Below are positions 1-10,961 of a DNA stretch of 64,000 bases, piece after piece. Made by a program: the position numbers and the translations under genes. The notes beneath the pieces are model-generated. The model saw nothing but the letters and a program-made list of their open reading frames with translations. It was not told the origin of the DNA and did no database searches. This DNA is from Squalus acanthias (Eukaryota): positions 69,814,001-69,878,000 of the forward strand of contig CM059432.1 in assembly GCA_030390025.1 (NCBI GenBank), written 5' to 3'. The stretch's first letter is position 1; every line of letters begins with the position of its first letter.

Positions 1-34
1 GGTGCACTTATGTAACCTTCTTTTTATTTTATAG

Positions 35-189
35 TGAACAACTACCTTGTTGCTGTGCATACTGGTGATTGTTGGGGAGCTGAAACTTATGCTAATGTAT
101 TTGTTACACTGCATGGGGAAAGAGGAGACACTGGAATTAGGAGGCTGGAAAAATCTTTAGTACTTGGAGAAAAGTTTCAACAAAACAAG
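35..189 (+). CDS. Internal exon A of a multi-PLAT/LH2-domain protein (LOXHD1-like or long PLAT-containing RP1 form); N-half of a PLAT domain
   Basis: Polypyrimidine tract + AG at 33-34 and GT donor at 190. Translates (x)NNYLVAVHTGDCWGAETYANVFVTLHGERGDTGIRRLEKSLVLGEKFQQNK, which has the PLAT motif Y-x-V-x-V-x-TGD..GA.T.A.V...L.GE.GD.G. Confidence 0.92.
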
Positions 190-341
190 GTACTGTACAT
201 TTATTGAACAGTTAAATCTGTTTTTAAGAAATTAAAATCAGTTGATGGAAATGGAAACAAAATGGGAATCATAAAGCCCAGAGCAGCTGATCATATAATT
301 AAATTTACTTGCACTTACAACATTTTCATCATAACTTACAG

Positions 342-555
342 ATTGACTCATTTTTGGTGAAGGCAGTATCTTTAGGCCAAGTGTCAAAGGTGATCATAGG
401 TCACGATGGAGAGGGCTATGGTTCTGGAATGTATCTGAAGATGATAATAGTACGCGAATCAAAGGCTTCAAACACAGAATGGGTGTTCCCATGCTGGAGC
501 TGGCTGGATAGCCACATTGGAAATAAACAAACTGTTCGCGAACTTACTTTGTTAG
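342..555 (+). CDS. Internal exon B, C-half of PLAT domain
   Basis: CAG acceptor ending at 341 and GTAAG donor at 556; in phase with exon A. IDSFLVKAVSLGQVSKVIIGHDGEGYGSGMYLKMIIV...WVFPCWSWLD matches the PLAT motif D.F...LG.L....IGHD..G.....L...V...F.C..WL. Confidence 0.92.
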
Positions 556-1934
556 GTAAGCTTTGTATCTATAGTGACGCTTCAAATTATGAATGCATGA
601 CTCCACATCTGTAATCATCGAAGTCCTTGCTTAATTCTCCTTATAACGCTTATACAAGTTAATTCACTTAACAGCAAGCTCAATCCATGTACATTTTTAT
701 TTTTCTACAGTGCTAAATTGCAAATGCCTGTACAAACAACCCATTTATTTTTCAACAAGTAATCTATTTCTTTTAATTCGAAGTTGCTTTCATTTTTTTG
801 CAAGCAAAAATGCCTCTGTGTTGTTTTATTTAAATTGCTTAACTCAAAATACTGAATAGTTTGAATTTCTTTCAAGCAGAAAACAACTTTGAATTAGCCT
901 GTCATTTGTATTTTTGGGGTTAAAATTCTGTTCCTGTCCACTGGCAGTACAAGTGCACACAGGTCACAGAGGAGGCGAGAAACATGGGGCACAGGCCTTG
1001 CACCCAATTAGTGTTTGCCCTGGGCTTTCTGGAGGTGCAGGAAACTTACACTGTTCTCTCGTGCGAGCCTGTTATGGGGCACTAATTCTACAGATTTGGG
1101 TGCAGTATTGCTGCCTCAGAAATTTCAGCGTGTGATCTTATAACGCTGTGCCTGCAGAAATTGCAATTGTGCACCCACCAGAGGTACCCTTAAAGCAGCC
1201 TTGCCTCACCTTCTGCAGTCATTTAAAAGGGAATTTCCTTGGGGCTTCTCCCGCTCCACCACAGTAATTCTGATGTAAGTTCAGCAGCTCCTCGGGGCCC
1301 CACAAAAATACTGCGGGTCACGGCTGTCTCGGGCTCGCCAGCCCTGGGCCTGGTCTTATAGAATCATAGAAATTTACGGCAAAGAAGGAGGCCATTCTTT
1401 CCCCCCTCCACCCCACCCCTCTCCCCCAGGACCTATCTGCAGCTACCACCGGTATCCCAGCTGCCAACATTCCTGTGGCACAAAACCAGTGAGCTGCCAG
1501 GGGATGCCCGTGTGGCGTCCACAGCTCGTGGGTCAGACTTAAACAAGGGCCGAGCTTCAAAATCGTGGCGACCGCTTCGCCGCCGGAGTGGGTGACTGGC
1601 CAGTGTGCTCTGCTGGTCAGCCACCCATAAGTTAACATTGCCCGATTCTCTCACCAGAGACTCTTCTGAGCTTTGCCTTCTATACTTTCCCCTCCTCTTG
1701 CCCAGGAATGGGAGGAGCCACAGCTCCATCTCACACAGCCCAGTCCCTCAGCATTGTTACAGCTTTATAGAGAAGTTAATTTAAAGAGGCTTGTAAGAAG
1801 ATTGTTTGCAAAATTTTTGGGCTATTTCTCAACTATTTTCCTGTTGTAATTTAGATGTTAAGATGCCTTTATGACAATTGCTGTGCAGGTGCAGCCTTTT
1901 TTCACAACAGCTTACAATAACGCCACTATGTGAG

Positions 1935-2255
1935 CCCATGGGACTCTACTTTAATCAATATTTTTTGGAGGAACAAGAGGAGACTAACAGAGTGATGCTG
2001 GCCAGGTCAGGTTGTACCAGAGGCATTCTGCACCCATCCACCAGTACCCTGCACCAGAACCTACAAACACAGATGCACAAGCCTCCACTTTTAAGCGGAG
2101 CAGTGGCTGCGGAACTTCAGTTTGCAAGGCATTGCCAGTGGCTGCCAAGGTCACAGCTTTGAGGCTTTGGGTTCATTCTAGGTTACTACTGGTGACATCA
2201 CCAATATGAGCCAAACAGCTACCCATTGATGTATAAAGCATGTGACAGATACCTT
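1935..2255 (+). mobile_element. Old, decayed Harbinger transposase remnant, interrupted by the element at 2256
   Basis: ALPVAAKVTAL peptide matches [12 protein letters not shown] of the other transposases here. CIKHVTDT resumes as LFVQANN after 3478. Confidence 0.55.
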
Positions 2256-3478
2256 GGCCTAGAAATTCGATTGAGCCCGAAAACGGGCCAAGGTTAACGG
2301 CCGCCTGCAAAAAGAGCACAGGCAGCGCTGGTATTTTGGTGCTGCCTGCTGATTTAAATGATTGGAGCGCAAAACCTACTGTGTAACGGGCAGTAGTCTC
2401 AGCAGGAGGCCCAATGTAGCGTGGTCGTAGCATCCCTGGAGTGAGGCAGCTTTGTCTTAAAGCTAGCCTGTCATTTTAGAAAGCAGCGTCAAGTCCTTAA
2501 AGAGAAACTGCCTCCTAAAACAAAAAAAATTATTTAAAAATGGGCAGTCTTTAGCCCTTAGAGCTCAACTGCCTTCTGAAAAATAAAATATTAAAAATAA
2601 TTCCGTAATGGCAGTCTTCACCTCTTAAACCTGAACTGCATTCTGCACGTAAATTTTTTTTATAAGCGCTTCAGCACTACCACGAATGGCTCAACAAGCC
2701 AGGGAAAGGGCACTCAGGGTTTTGCAGGCAGCACTCCAGCTTTGTGCAGGGGGGTCAACATTGTAAGAGAGGTCCTCTACCCACAGGGGCCAGGAGGCCC
2801 TCCAGAAAGAATGATGTGGGACCAGATCAACGAGGACGTCACTGCTAGTAGTGTCAGCCCCATGACCTGGCTCCAGTGCCCAAAGAAGTTTCATGACCTC
2901 AGACCAGTGGTCAAGGTCAGTGAATACATCTTCAAAAGCCGTCTCCTACCAACTGCACCACTAGCCTCACACATTGCGCAATCTAAAATAAAAGCAGAAA
3001 ATGCTGGAAATACTCATCAGGTCAGGCAGCATCTCGACCTGAAACGTTAACTCTGTTTCTCTCTCCACAGATGCTGCCTGACCTGCTGAGTATTTCCAGC
3101 ATTTTCTGTCTTCTCAGAGGCCTTCCTTTACCATCCAAAGCCTGAAAGATGTGCGTGTCCTTTTAAGAAGCTCTGACAGCATCTCTGCAGGGCTGCTTCA
3201 CGCACGCTTTTCTGTGCATATTCAGGACACAGCATTATGGAGAGTGAGAATGTCTAAATTAGTAGTCGGGGTGTCAAATCATGCATTGCACGCCGATTGA
3301 CGTCACGATCTGCTTATTTAAATTTGTGAGAGCAGCGCTGTCAACGGCAGCGCTATGGCCCTTACCAAAATGGCGACCGCCCTGTCCCGCACCAGAAGCG
3401 GGCAGAAGCGAGGCAGCCACCATTTTATCTACAAAACTGGCCTTAACAGCCGGTGTTACAGCATCGAATTTCTAGACT
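2256..3478 (+). mobile_element. Non-autonomous PIF/Harbinger element retaining Myb/SANT exon 1 and a Penelope-type hairpin
   Basis: Termini GGCCTAGAAATTCGA / TCGAATTTCTAGACT; flanks CTT/CTC (imperfect 3-bp TSD). Myb-like exon about 2686-2915 (REVLYP...MWDQI..DV.A.S...TWLQC.KKFHDL..VVK|GT). Confidence 0.8.
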
Positions 3479-3782
3479 CTCTTTGTTCAAGCAAACAATT
3501 CACCTCCATTTTATTGAAAACTGACAGCAACTTGAGAGAGAAGTACACACTTAGAGTTGATGGATTCCTGAAGATCCTGAGAGTTATAGATCAGACTAAC
3601 ATGATGCTATGTGCTGCCTAACAATGCCACTACCAACATGAATGAGATAGGATTCCACTCGTGCAATGTATAGCTCACCTGTAGTCATCAGCACTACATT
3701 ACTCATGTGAATGCTGATGTATAATGTGGTGCTGATGGCTGCAGCTGAGCTGTACATTCAGTGGGGTTAATTTTAACCTAAT

Positions 3783-3917
3783 TTCTGACGAAGGGTCATT
3801 GACCTGAAACGTTAACTCTGTTTCTCTCTCCACAGATGCTGCCTGACCTGCTGAGTATTTCCAGCATTTTCTGTTTTTATTTCAGATTTCCAGCATCCGC
3901 AGTATTTTGCTTTTGTA
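3783..3917 (+). mobile_element. Short Penelope-like (pLTR-derived) element with minimal hammerhead core, family 1
   Basis: 16-bp direct repeat TTAATTTTAACCTAAT at 3767-3782 and 3918-3933. Core CTGACGA-A-GGGTC.ATT.GACCT-GAAA-CG-TT-AACT at 3785-3817. Confidence 0.8.
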
Positions 3918-4346
3918 TTAATTTTAACCTAATCCCCCCGGCTGGAAACTGCCATCAGATTGGCCACCTGTTTTACACACAGCCTTTTGAATGACAGATC
4001 TCAGAAAATGATCTGCTGCATGTCTCAAGCTTCATTTAAAACATCAGCTTCCTTCTTTTAGTGCATGATGTTTATAAAAATCAATCCTATCGCTGACTAT
4101 ATAGAGAGCCCTATATATTTTTTTATGAATCATCTCCCTGTCTTTCAGGAAACTGTATGTTTGTTTTTAATTAAACTCAACAAACAAACTGTACACCGTA
4201 CATGGGAATTAGGACTATATGATTATATTATCATGCAGGTAAATTATAGCTGGGATTTTCCACTGGAGTTACGCTGGATTCCCAGGGGTGGAAAATCAAC
4301 AGAGAACCATTGTGCCAGCTCCCTGTGGGACTTGCCACCAAAAATA

Positions 4347-4862
4347 ACATAAGAACATCAGAAATAGGAGCAGGAGTAAGACCTTCAGCCCTTCAAGACT
4401 ACACTGCCATTCAATAAGATCATGGCTGAACTTCTACCTCAACTCCACCTTCCCACACTATCCCCAAATCCCTTGATTCCCTTAATATCCAAAAATCTTA
4501 TCGATCTCTGTCTAGAATATACTCAATGACTGAGCATCCACAGCTCTTTGGGGTAGAGAATTTCAAAGATTCACAATCCTTTGAGTGAAGAAATTTCTCC
4601 TCATCTCAGTCCTAAATGGCCGACCCCTTATTCTGAGACTGTGACCCTTAGTTCCAGACTCCCCAGCCAGGGGAAACATACTTCCAGCATCTACCCTCAA
4701 GAATTTTATATGTTTCAATGAAATCACCTCTCATTCTTCTAAATTCTAGGAAATATAGGCCTAATCTTCTCAGTCTCTTCCCATAGGGCAATCCCCCTAT
4801 CCCAGGAACCTCTGCTGCACTCCCTCTAAGGCAAGTATATCCTTCCTTAGGTAAGGAGACCA
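4347..4862 (-). mobile_element. CR1 LINE 3' fragment
   Basis: Reverse complement of the 3' end of the CR1 at about 12130-12680, including the TTCTTATG-type tail. Confidence 0.85.
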
Positions 4863-4863
4863 G

Positions 4864-7788
4864 GGCCCAGAAATTGGGCTACTTACCGCCATCCGTTTGT
4901 GCCACAATCCTGAAAAAAATGGTGGCCGGCACTCTACCGCCTGCCTCTGGTGTGGGACTCGGCGGCCGCCATTTTGGTGAAGGCCTTAGTGTTGCCAATA
5001 GCAGCACTGGCCCTGGATATGCAAATATGGAATGTGTGACGTCACGCCAACTTAATGTCACACAGTGTGAACATGGAGCTTTGCGCTGAGTTTAGCGCTT
5101 GCTCTTAAAAGCGAGCTTGCAACAGACTTACAGAGATGCTGTCAGCACTTCTTAAAGGGACACACACATCTTTCAGGTAAGTTTGCATTTAATATTTTGC
5201 ACTGGATTTTTTTGATTTTATTGAAGTAGTGGCTTGCTGCAATAGATGTCAAAAGTTTTTAAAGTGTGCATGGAATGCTGCTGGACACTTGCAAGACCTC
5301 GGATGGTAAAGGAAGGCCTCTCAGAAGACAGAAATTTCTGGAAATACTCAGCAGGTCAGGCAGCATCCGTGGAGAGAGAAACAGAGTACACGTCTCAGGT
5401 CGAGATGCTGCCTGACCTGATGAGTATTTCCAGCATTTTCTGCTTTTATTTCAGATTTACAGCATCCGCTCGCAGAGGGAAGAGGAAGACGCAGAAGAGG
5501 AAGATGCAGGAGAGGAAGATGCAGAAGAGGAGGAAGAAGAAGTGGAGGAAGCAGAAGAGGAGGCAGCAGAAGGAAGAATACAATCCCAGAGAGCCACTTT
5601 GTGGCTGGGATATCCGGGACGGAATGATCCGTCTGCAGTCCCAGTGACCAAAACCCCAATTCCCCTTTCAACCTTTGTCCCATACCTTACCTCCCTCTGG
5701 TACTGACCATCACAGCATCCTCTTGGCCACAATGCTGAAATAAAAGATACCACAAAGCAAACTTTCCAATCCAACTTTGTACATCTATCACAAGGGAATG
5801 ATAGCATGGTGCTTATGTCACTGGACTAGTAATCCAAAGGCCTGGACTAATGATCCGGGGATATCAGTTCAAATCCCACCGCTAGCAGTAGGGAAATTTA
5901 AATTTATTTAATTAAATAAAAACTACTGGATTGTTGTATAAAACCCATCTGGTTCACTAATGTCCTTTAGGGAAGGAAACGTGACTCCAGACCCTCAGCA
6001 ATGTGGTTTACTCTTAACTGCCCTCTAAAATGGCCTAGCAAGCCACATCAAACCGCTAGGAAAACCTTCACCTCACAGACTGCAGCAGTTGAAGAAGGTG
6101 GCTCACCACCACCTTTTCAAGGGCAATTAGGGATGAACAATAAATGTTTTCCTTGCCAGTGACACCCACATCTCATGAACCAATAACAGAAAAATCTATC
6201 CATCCAATATAACACCAAGAAATTAACTCATCACCCGTATGCATTCTCTTAGTGACTGTCTTGTTTGTGCCTTTGCCTATCCTACTGATATCATGCAGTG
6301 CTACCACAGTTGCTGCAGCATGGCTGATGGAAGGCTGCTGACTTTCAGTGGGGGACACCAAAAATGCCCTTACTGGTTGACCTTGAGGAACTGGTGGCTG
6401 GCAGTGTGAAATCGAGTGACAGTGTTTCTTCTTCACTCTCCTCTCCCTCTTCTTGGTTAACCTGGGCTGGGCAGGTTGCGTTTCTTGGGTGTGTGAAATG
6501 AGGAAGGCACACGGGTAGAGTTGTGGTGAGGGGAGGGTGGGAAAGCAAGAGGTGCATGCGAGAAGCAGTATAACGTATGAAGATACCGGCATCTTGTATT
6601 CTTCCAGCCCCGCCGCTGGCCAAGGGCTCAGCCATGCCCCTCCATGAATGGCCTGCACCCTCTCCTCCAAGGGGGTCAGCTGAAGCTAGGAATGAGAGAT
6701 GTGCCTCATGATTGGTACAGATTGTTGGTAGGTGAGTGATTTGGGCCGGGGGTGGCGGGGGGGAAGTTGTGCATTGAGAAGTGTGTGAGGCTAGTGATGC
6801 AATTGGTAGGAGACAGCTTTTGAAGATGCATTCACTGGTCTGAGGTCATGAAGCTTCTTTGGGCACTGGAGCCAGATGGTGGGGGCGATACTGGTGGTGG
6901 CAGTGATGGCCTCAGTGATGTGGTCCCACATCATTCTTTCTGGAGGGCCTCCTGGCCCCTGTGGGTAGAGGACCTCTCTTGCAGTGTTGACCACCTGCAC
7001 AAAGCTGAAGTGCTGCATGTGAGACCCTGGGTGCCCCTTCCCTGGCTTGCTGAGCCTTTTGTGTTAGTGCTGAAGCACTTCTCCCATTTTTTGAGGTGTG
7101 GAAGGGAATTCAGCTTTAAGAGCTGAAGACTCCCATTCAGGAATGTTTTTTCAAATGTTAATTTTTTTTAAAAAGACAGTAGCGCTGTAAGGGCTGAAAA
7201 CTACAATTTTTACTTCATTTTTATTTTTAGCAGTTCAGAAGGCATTGCCCTTTTAAGCAAACGACATGCATTGCCCTTTTAATATCCTGCAATGCCTTGC
7301 GAACTCATAGCCTCACTTTCAGAGGCTGTTGGAAGATGCAACGCTGATTCTGGACACCACATTCGGCACTGATGCCTGCACTAACGCCACCAGGAGGGTG
7401 TTACACGGTCAGTTTAGTGCTGTGCTACAAATCTTTAGTCCCCAGCGTGAATTTTTTTCTCCTTAGTGATGTAGTGTCGCAGTCCAGTTTCTATGCCTGT
7501 GAGTCTGCTGAACGCTGGGTTTTCATGGCGAGCTTAGGACCCAGCGCTGAACTCAGCACTAAGGTCCAAGTTTGCCGTGGTGACATTAGTCGGCGTTGCA
7601 CACCGACTGACGTCACCTCTCCCTAATTTGAATTTCTAGTGCCATCGCTCTTACCGGCAGTGCTGCCGGCCCTCGTAAAATGGCGGACACTGCGGGACCT
7701 GCCACCCGCTGGCGAAAGAATGGCGGCGCCGTCTTTTCACTAAATTTTGACGGTAACGGGTGGCATAAAGCACCCGAATTTTTAGCTC
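4864..7788. mobile_element. Internally deleted PIF/Harbinger element, inverted relative to 2256-3478
   Basis: Termini GGCCCAGAAATTG / GAATTTTTAGCTC. Acidic transposase C-terminus (+) at about 5465-5647; Myb gene remnants (-) at about 7055-6250. Contains a Penelope hairpin (about 5325-5468) and a SINE (5794-6195). Confidence 0.75.
5794..6195 (+). mobile_element. tRNA-headed SINE-like internal-deletion derivative of the LINE-like element at 33378
   Basis: About 5794-6060 aligns with 33378-33720, and about 6065-6185 aligns with 36525-36645. A-box-like TAGCATGGTGC and B-box-like GTTCAAATCC are present. Confidence 0.85.
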
Positions 7789-7850
7789 ATGTTTCAAAAA
7801 AATTGTCATTGGAAAAAATGCCTGGTAATTGAATTTGAATTTGCCTGTAG

Positions 7851-8035
7851 GTGAAAGACTTGTTGTCAGCCCCAACAGTTTATTGCAACAATCGTCAGAT
7901 GTATGGATGATGAACATCTCAAGCTCAGATGTGAAAAGTAATCCCAGTCTGGTGCAGATAATAATTACTATTTATGGGAAAGATGGCCAGAGGAAGTTCG
8001 CAGTTGGAATTGTAGATGAAACAACACAAGTAAAG
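7851..8035 (+). CDS. Internal exon C, linker plus N-half of a degenerate PLAT domain
   Basis: TGTAG acceptor ending at 7850; phase 1 matches exon B. Reads (G)ERLVVSPNSLLQQSSDVWMMNISSSD...IIITIYGKDGQRKF...TTQVK. Donor GTAAA at 8036; an alternative in-frame GT lies at 8030. Confidence 0.8.
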
Positions 8036-8109
8036 GTAAAATACATATTTTTTCTCTCTTATGTTTTCTTCCCATGTTCCTCTCCTGAGGCTGTTGGCTC
8101 CTTGCTGGG

Positions 8110-8468
8110 CTACATATCCACAGTCACAGGTTGGTTGTCCAGCAATACCTGGCACAAGTTGCTGTTACTCATGTGTGAAACTCGGCAGTGAGTGTTAGCA
8201 GGATATTCAGCCATAAGAGCTATACACATCCTGCCCTCAGCTGATGCCAGCACACAAGCAGGGGGTACTCTATAACAATCAAGATCAAGAACTCTGGTTG
8301 ACTCCTTCCCTCCCTAATCCAGAGGCACTGACGACAAATGCAGAGTCCTTACCACCACCTAAGCTGAGATCAACAAATTCAATGTGGGCCAGAGATTAAA
8401 CCTGGGATCTTCCTGGTCTGTATGGCTCAGCTATTGCTGATAAACTTGCTGAGCCAAAGGGGGAGCCC
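8110..8468 (-). mobile_element. Ancient tRNA-derived SINE (AmnSINE2-like); further partial copies at about 14040-14225 (-) and 40830-40910 (-)
   Basis: Minus strand reads GGGCTCCCCC..GGCTCAG...CTGAGCCATACAGACCAGGAAGATCCCAGGTTT...TGATCTCAGC, matching the AmnSINE2 consensus as I recall it (not searched). Confidence 0.65.
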
Positions 8469-8567
8469 ATTCTCTCTATTTATAAGGTATTTATGTGTTC
8501 CCATTGCTTGATATTAATTCACGTTGATTTTATAAAAAATTGAATTTATTACTCTTTTATCTTGTAG

Positions 8568-8778
8568 GCTGAATTGGCAGGTGTGGGGTTAGTTTACAAG
8601 CTTCGTGTCACTCCCAAACCTAATGGCCAGAGGCAGTCATGGAAATTAGATTCTATCAATATGAAGTGCACAGCTAACAAGGAGGAGTTATGGTTTGCTT
8701 TTAATTGGTGGTTTAAACCCAATGACATTCAGGGCAGGGAACTCCCTGCACTAAATCCTTTGAAAGATCCTCTTCCTG
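8568..8778 (+). CDS. Internal exon D, C-half of degenerate PLAT domain
   Basis: TGTAG acceptor ending at 8567 and GTAAG donor at 8779. Reads AELAGVGLVYKLRV...SWKLDSINMK...LWFAFNWWFKPND...RELPAL..DPLP. Confidence 0.87.
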
Positions 8779-9372
8779 GTAAGCAAGATCAATCTAACTT
8801 TTTGTCCGATTATATTATTAGCAGTCTATAACTTTATCGGGTTTTATTTGATGAACTCATTGTTATCTTTTAGCAGCAGTATTTCATACACAGTTATCTT
8901 CCACAATCACTATTTCTACGCTTCCTGTAAAACCACTGTTATTGAAACAGTCATTAACCAGCAGTGAGCCATGTTTCTTTGGCAGACAGTTGAGCTAATT
9001 GTCTGTCTGTGACAAGTGCTGACTGCCAAATGGGAAGCCTGGATGTTAACATTCTTTATTTAGATTGCATATATATGAAATGTAGCAATCAAAATTATGT
9101 CAGTTTTTCCCAAGTGTAACCTTTTCCCACCAACTGGGTGACTTGCACAGAAAGCAGTTAAAAATAAGCTTCTCATATATTTTGGAGTCTAGTAAACATT
9201 TCATATATTTTTCCTTGTTCATACAGCCTGCATGTATAATACACATTATGAACACTCTTGCTGAAACACATGTTGCTTTTTTTTGTACCTCAGTATCAGT
9301 CCATTCAAGCTTACCTTGGATGAACCCTCCTGGTCAGTTCACCTTTGTCAATCACACCAGCCCTTTTTAGAG

Positions 9373-9608
9373 GTAAAAACAGAAAATGCTGGAAATACTC
9401 AGCAGGTCAGGCAGCATCGGTGAAGAGAGAAACAGAGTAAACGTTTCAGGTCGATGACCTTTCGTCAGAACTGGAAGATGTTAGAGATGTAACAGGTTTT
9501 AAGCAAAGGAAGGTCTGTGATAGGGTGGAAGGCAAGAGTGCTTAAATGACAAAAGGGATGATGGTGAGAGCAAAAGGGGGTGGCAATGGAACAAGTAAAG
9601 AAACAAAT
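9373..9608 (-). mobile_element. Penelope-like short element with hammerhead core, family 1
   Basis: Flanks CCCTTTTTAGAG (9361-9372) / CCCTTTTTACAG (9609-9620). Minus strand AGTT-CTGACGA-A-AGGTC.ATC.GACCT-GAAA-CG-TT-TACT at about 9472-9436. Confidence 0.8.
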
Positions 9609-9739
9609 CCCTTTTTACAGTGTCAGTTTAATGTCACAGAATCTGCCCAGTGATTGTTCCAAATTCAGCAAGAATGACTTATCATGACTGTCTGATCTGG
9701 TGGGAATCTACTGTACTGATGATACTCCCTAAACTCAAT

Positions 9740-10441
9740 GGCCCGGATATTCCGATCCCTACGGGTGGGTACGCTCTGTGTACCCACCCGTAGGGACATC
9801 GGAAATGCCGGTTTCAGGCATGCACAGCGCACACAGATCGGACACCTGCCCTAGAGAAGGGCCTCTGTGGTGGATAGTTCCGCTTTCTGGAGACCCTCCG
9901 CCCGCAGAAAACCTTTAGAATTCTTACACCTGGTAAAAGCAGGCGTAAGGCCTGCTTTTACCAGGATAAGAGTTGAAAAAGTTAAAAAAAAAATTCAGTC
10001 ATTTATCATTTAAAAATACTTTAAAAAAAAGTTAAGTTTATTTTTAGCCCTGTAAAAAACTTCAATTATTTTTTTCAAAAAATTTAATTTTTGTTTAAAA
10101 TATTAAATTTATTGTAATTTCAACTAATTTTAAAAATGTGATTTTTTTTAAAATGTATTTAATGTTTTGAAGTGTTTTTGGGGTGATCTCCATTCATATA
10201 TTTGACAGGTCTATCTGTCAAGTGTATGAAGGGAGATTCCCTTCTTCGACTGGCTCCCCATGGCCCACGTGATCCCAAGGACGCTTGCGAACCCTTGGGA
10301 TACGTAGACCCTGCACACTTGGAGTTTGAGAGGCCCAGCATCAAACTATACCCACCTCGGGAGCCCTCAGGTAAATGCGTAGATTTTTTCCAGATCGGAG
10401 GCTTCTGCATGCGGGAAGCCTCCGATCTGAAAATACGGCCC
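9740..10441. mobile_element. Harbinger-type MITE (about 700 bp, AT-rich core)
   Basis: Degenerate TIRs GGCCCGGATATTCCGATC / GATCTGAAAATACGGCCC; flanks AAT/AGT. Homologous to 16208-16936 and 52027-52729. Confidence 0.75.
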
Positions 10442-10698
10442 AGTGCTTCCGGGCCTGGGGCTGGATTATCTTCCTCTTGGCAGGTTAGAGGTTGAGTGAA
10501 GCAACACCTGCTCATGTGACTCTGTCACTAACCTGCTGAAGTTTCCTCCCAGTGCTCGTGCTTGCTATTCAGGGTTGGTTTGAAGCAGTAAAACCTCTAC
10601 TCATAGAGTTACCACTGCTAGGAGGGGAGGAAAATCAGTGCTGGTGCAGCCTTTAAAAGGGAGACATTAATTTTGGAGCAATGGGGAGTGAAAAATGT

Positions 10699-10830
10699 CT
10701 GATGGAGCAGCAGCCTGAGGGGTTCAGCAGCAGAAGGGGTCCCAGATTGTCTGATGCATCCATGGAGGTGTTGCTGGATGAAGTAACGGCAAATAAGGAT
10801 GGACTGTTGCCAGTCCAAATCCTCTACCAC
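10699..10830 (+). mobile_element. Decayed Harbinger Myb/SANT exon-1 remnant
   Basis: MEQQ...RRGPRLSDASMEVLLDEVTANKDGL resembles the R.PRF.D..LE.LV..V motif of the other Myb exons here. Confidence 0.5.
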
Positions 10831-10961
10831 AGATACGTCTTTCAGTCACTGGCCACAGATGTTACTACTTCCCTGGAGAGTAGCAATCAGCCTGTGTTCT
10901 TAAAGCCCCATTTAATACCTGCACATGAGGGAGTTTCAGATATGGACCAAGAACCCCTTGA

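Noticed and set aside
309..614. Stand-alone ORFs overlapping host exons (309-614, 7829-8191, 8574-8831, 52874-53254)
   Set aside because: Their ends run into intron sequence; only the AG/GT-bounded parts are PLAT-like.
5246..5807. Lys/Arg-rich, Leu/Pro-rich and Ser-rich ORFs (also about 23043-23419)
   Set aside because: They are alternative-frame readings of the GAG/GAA-rich acidic tail of the transposase.
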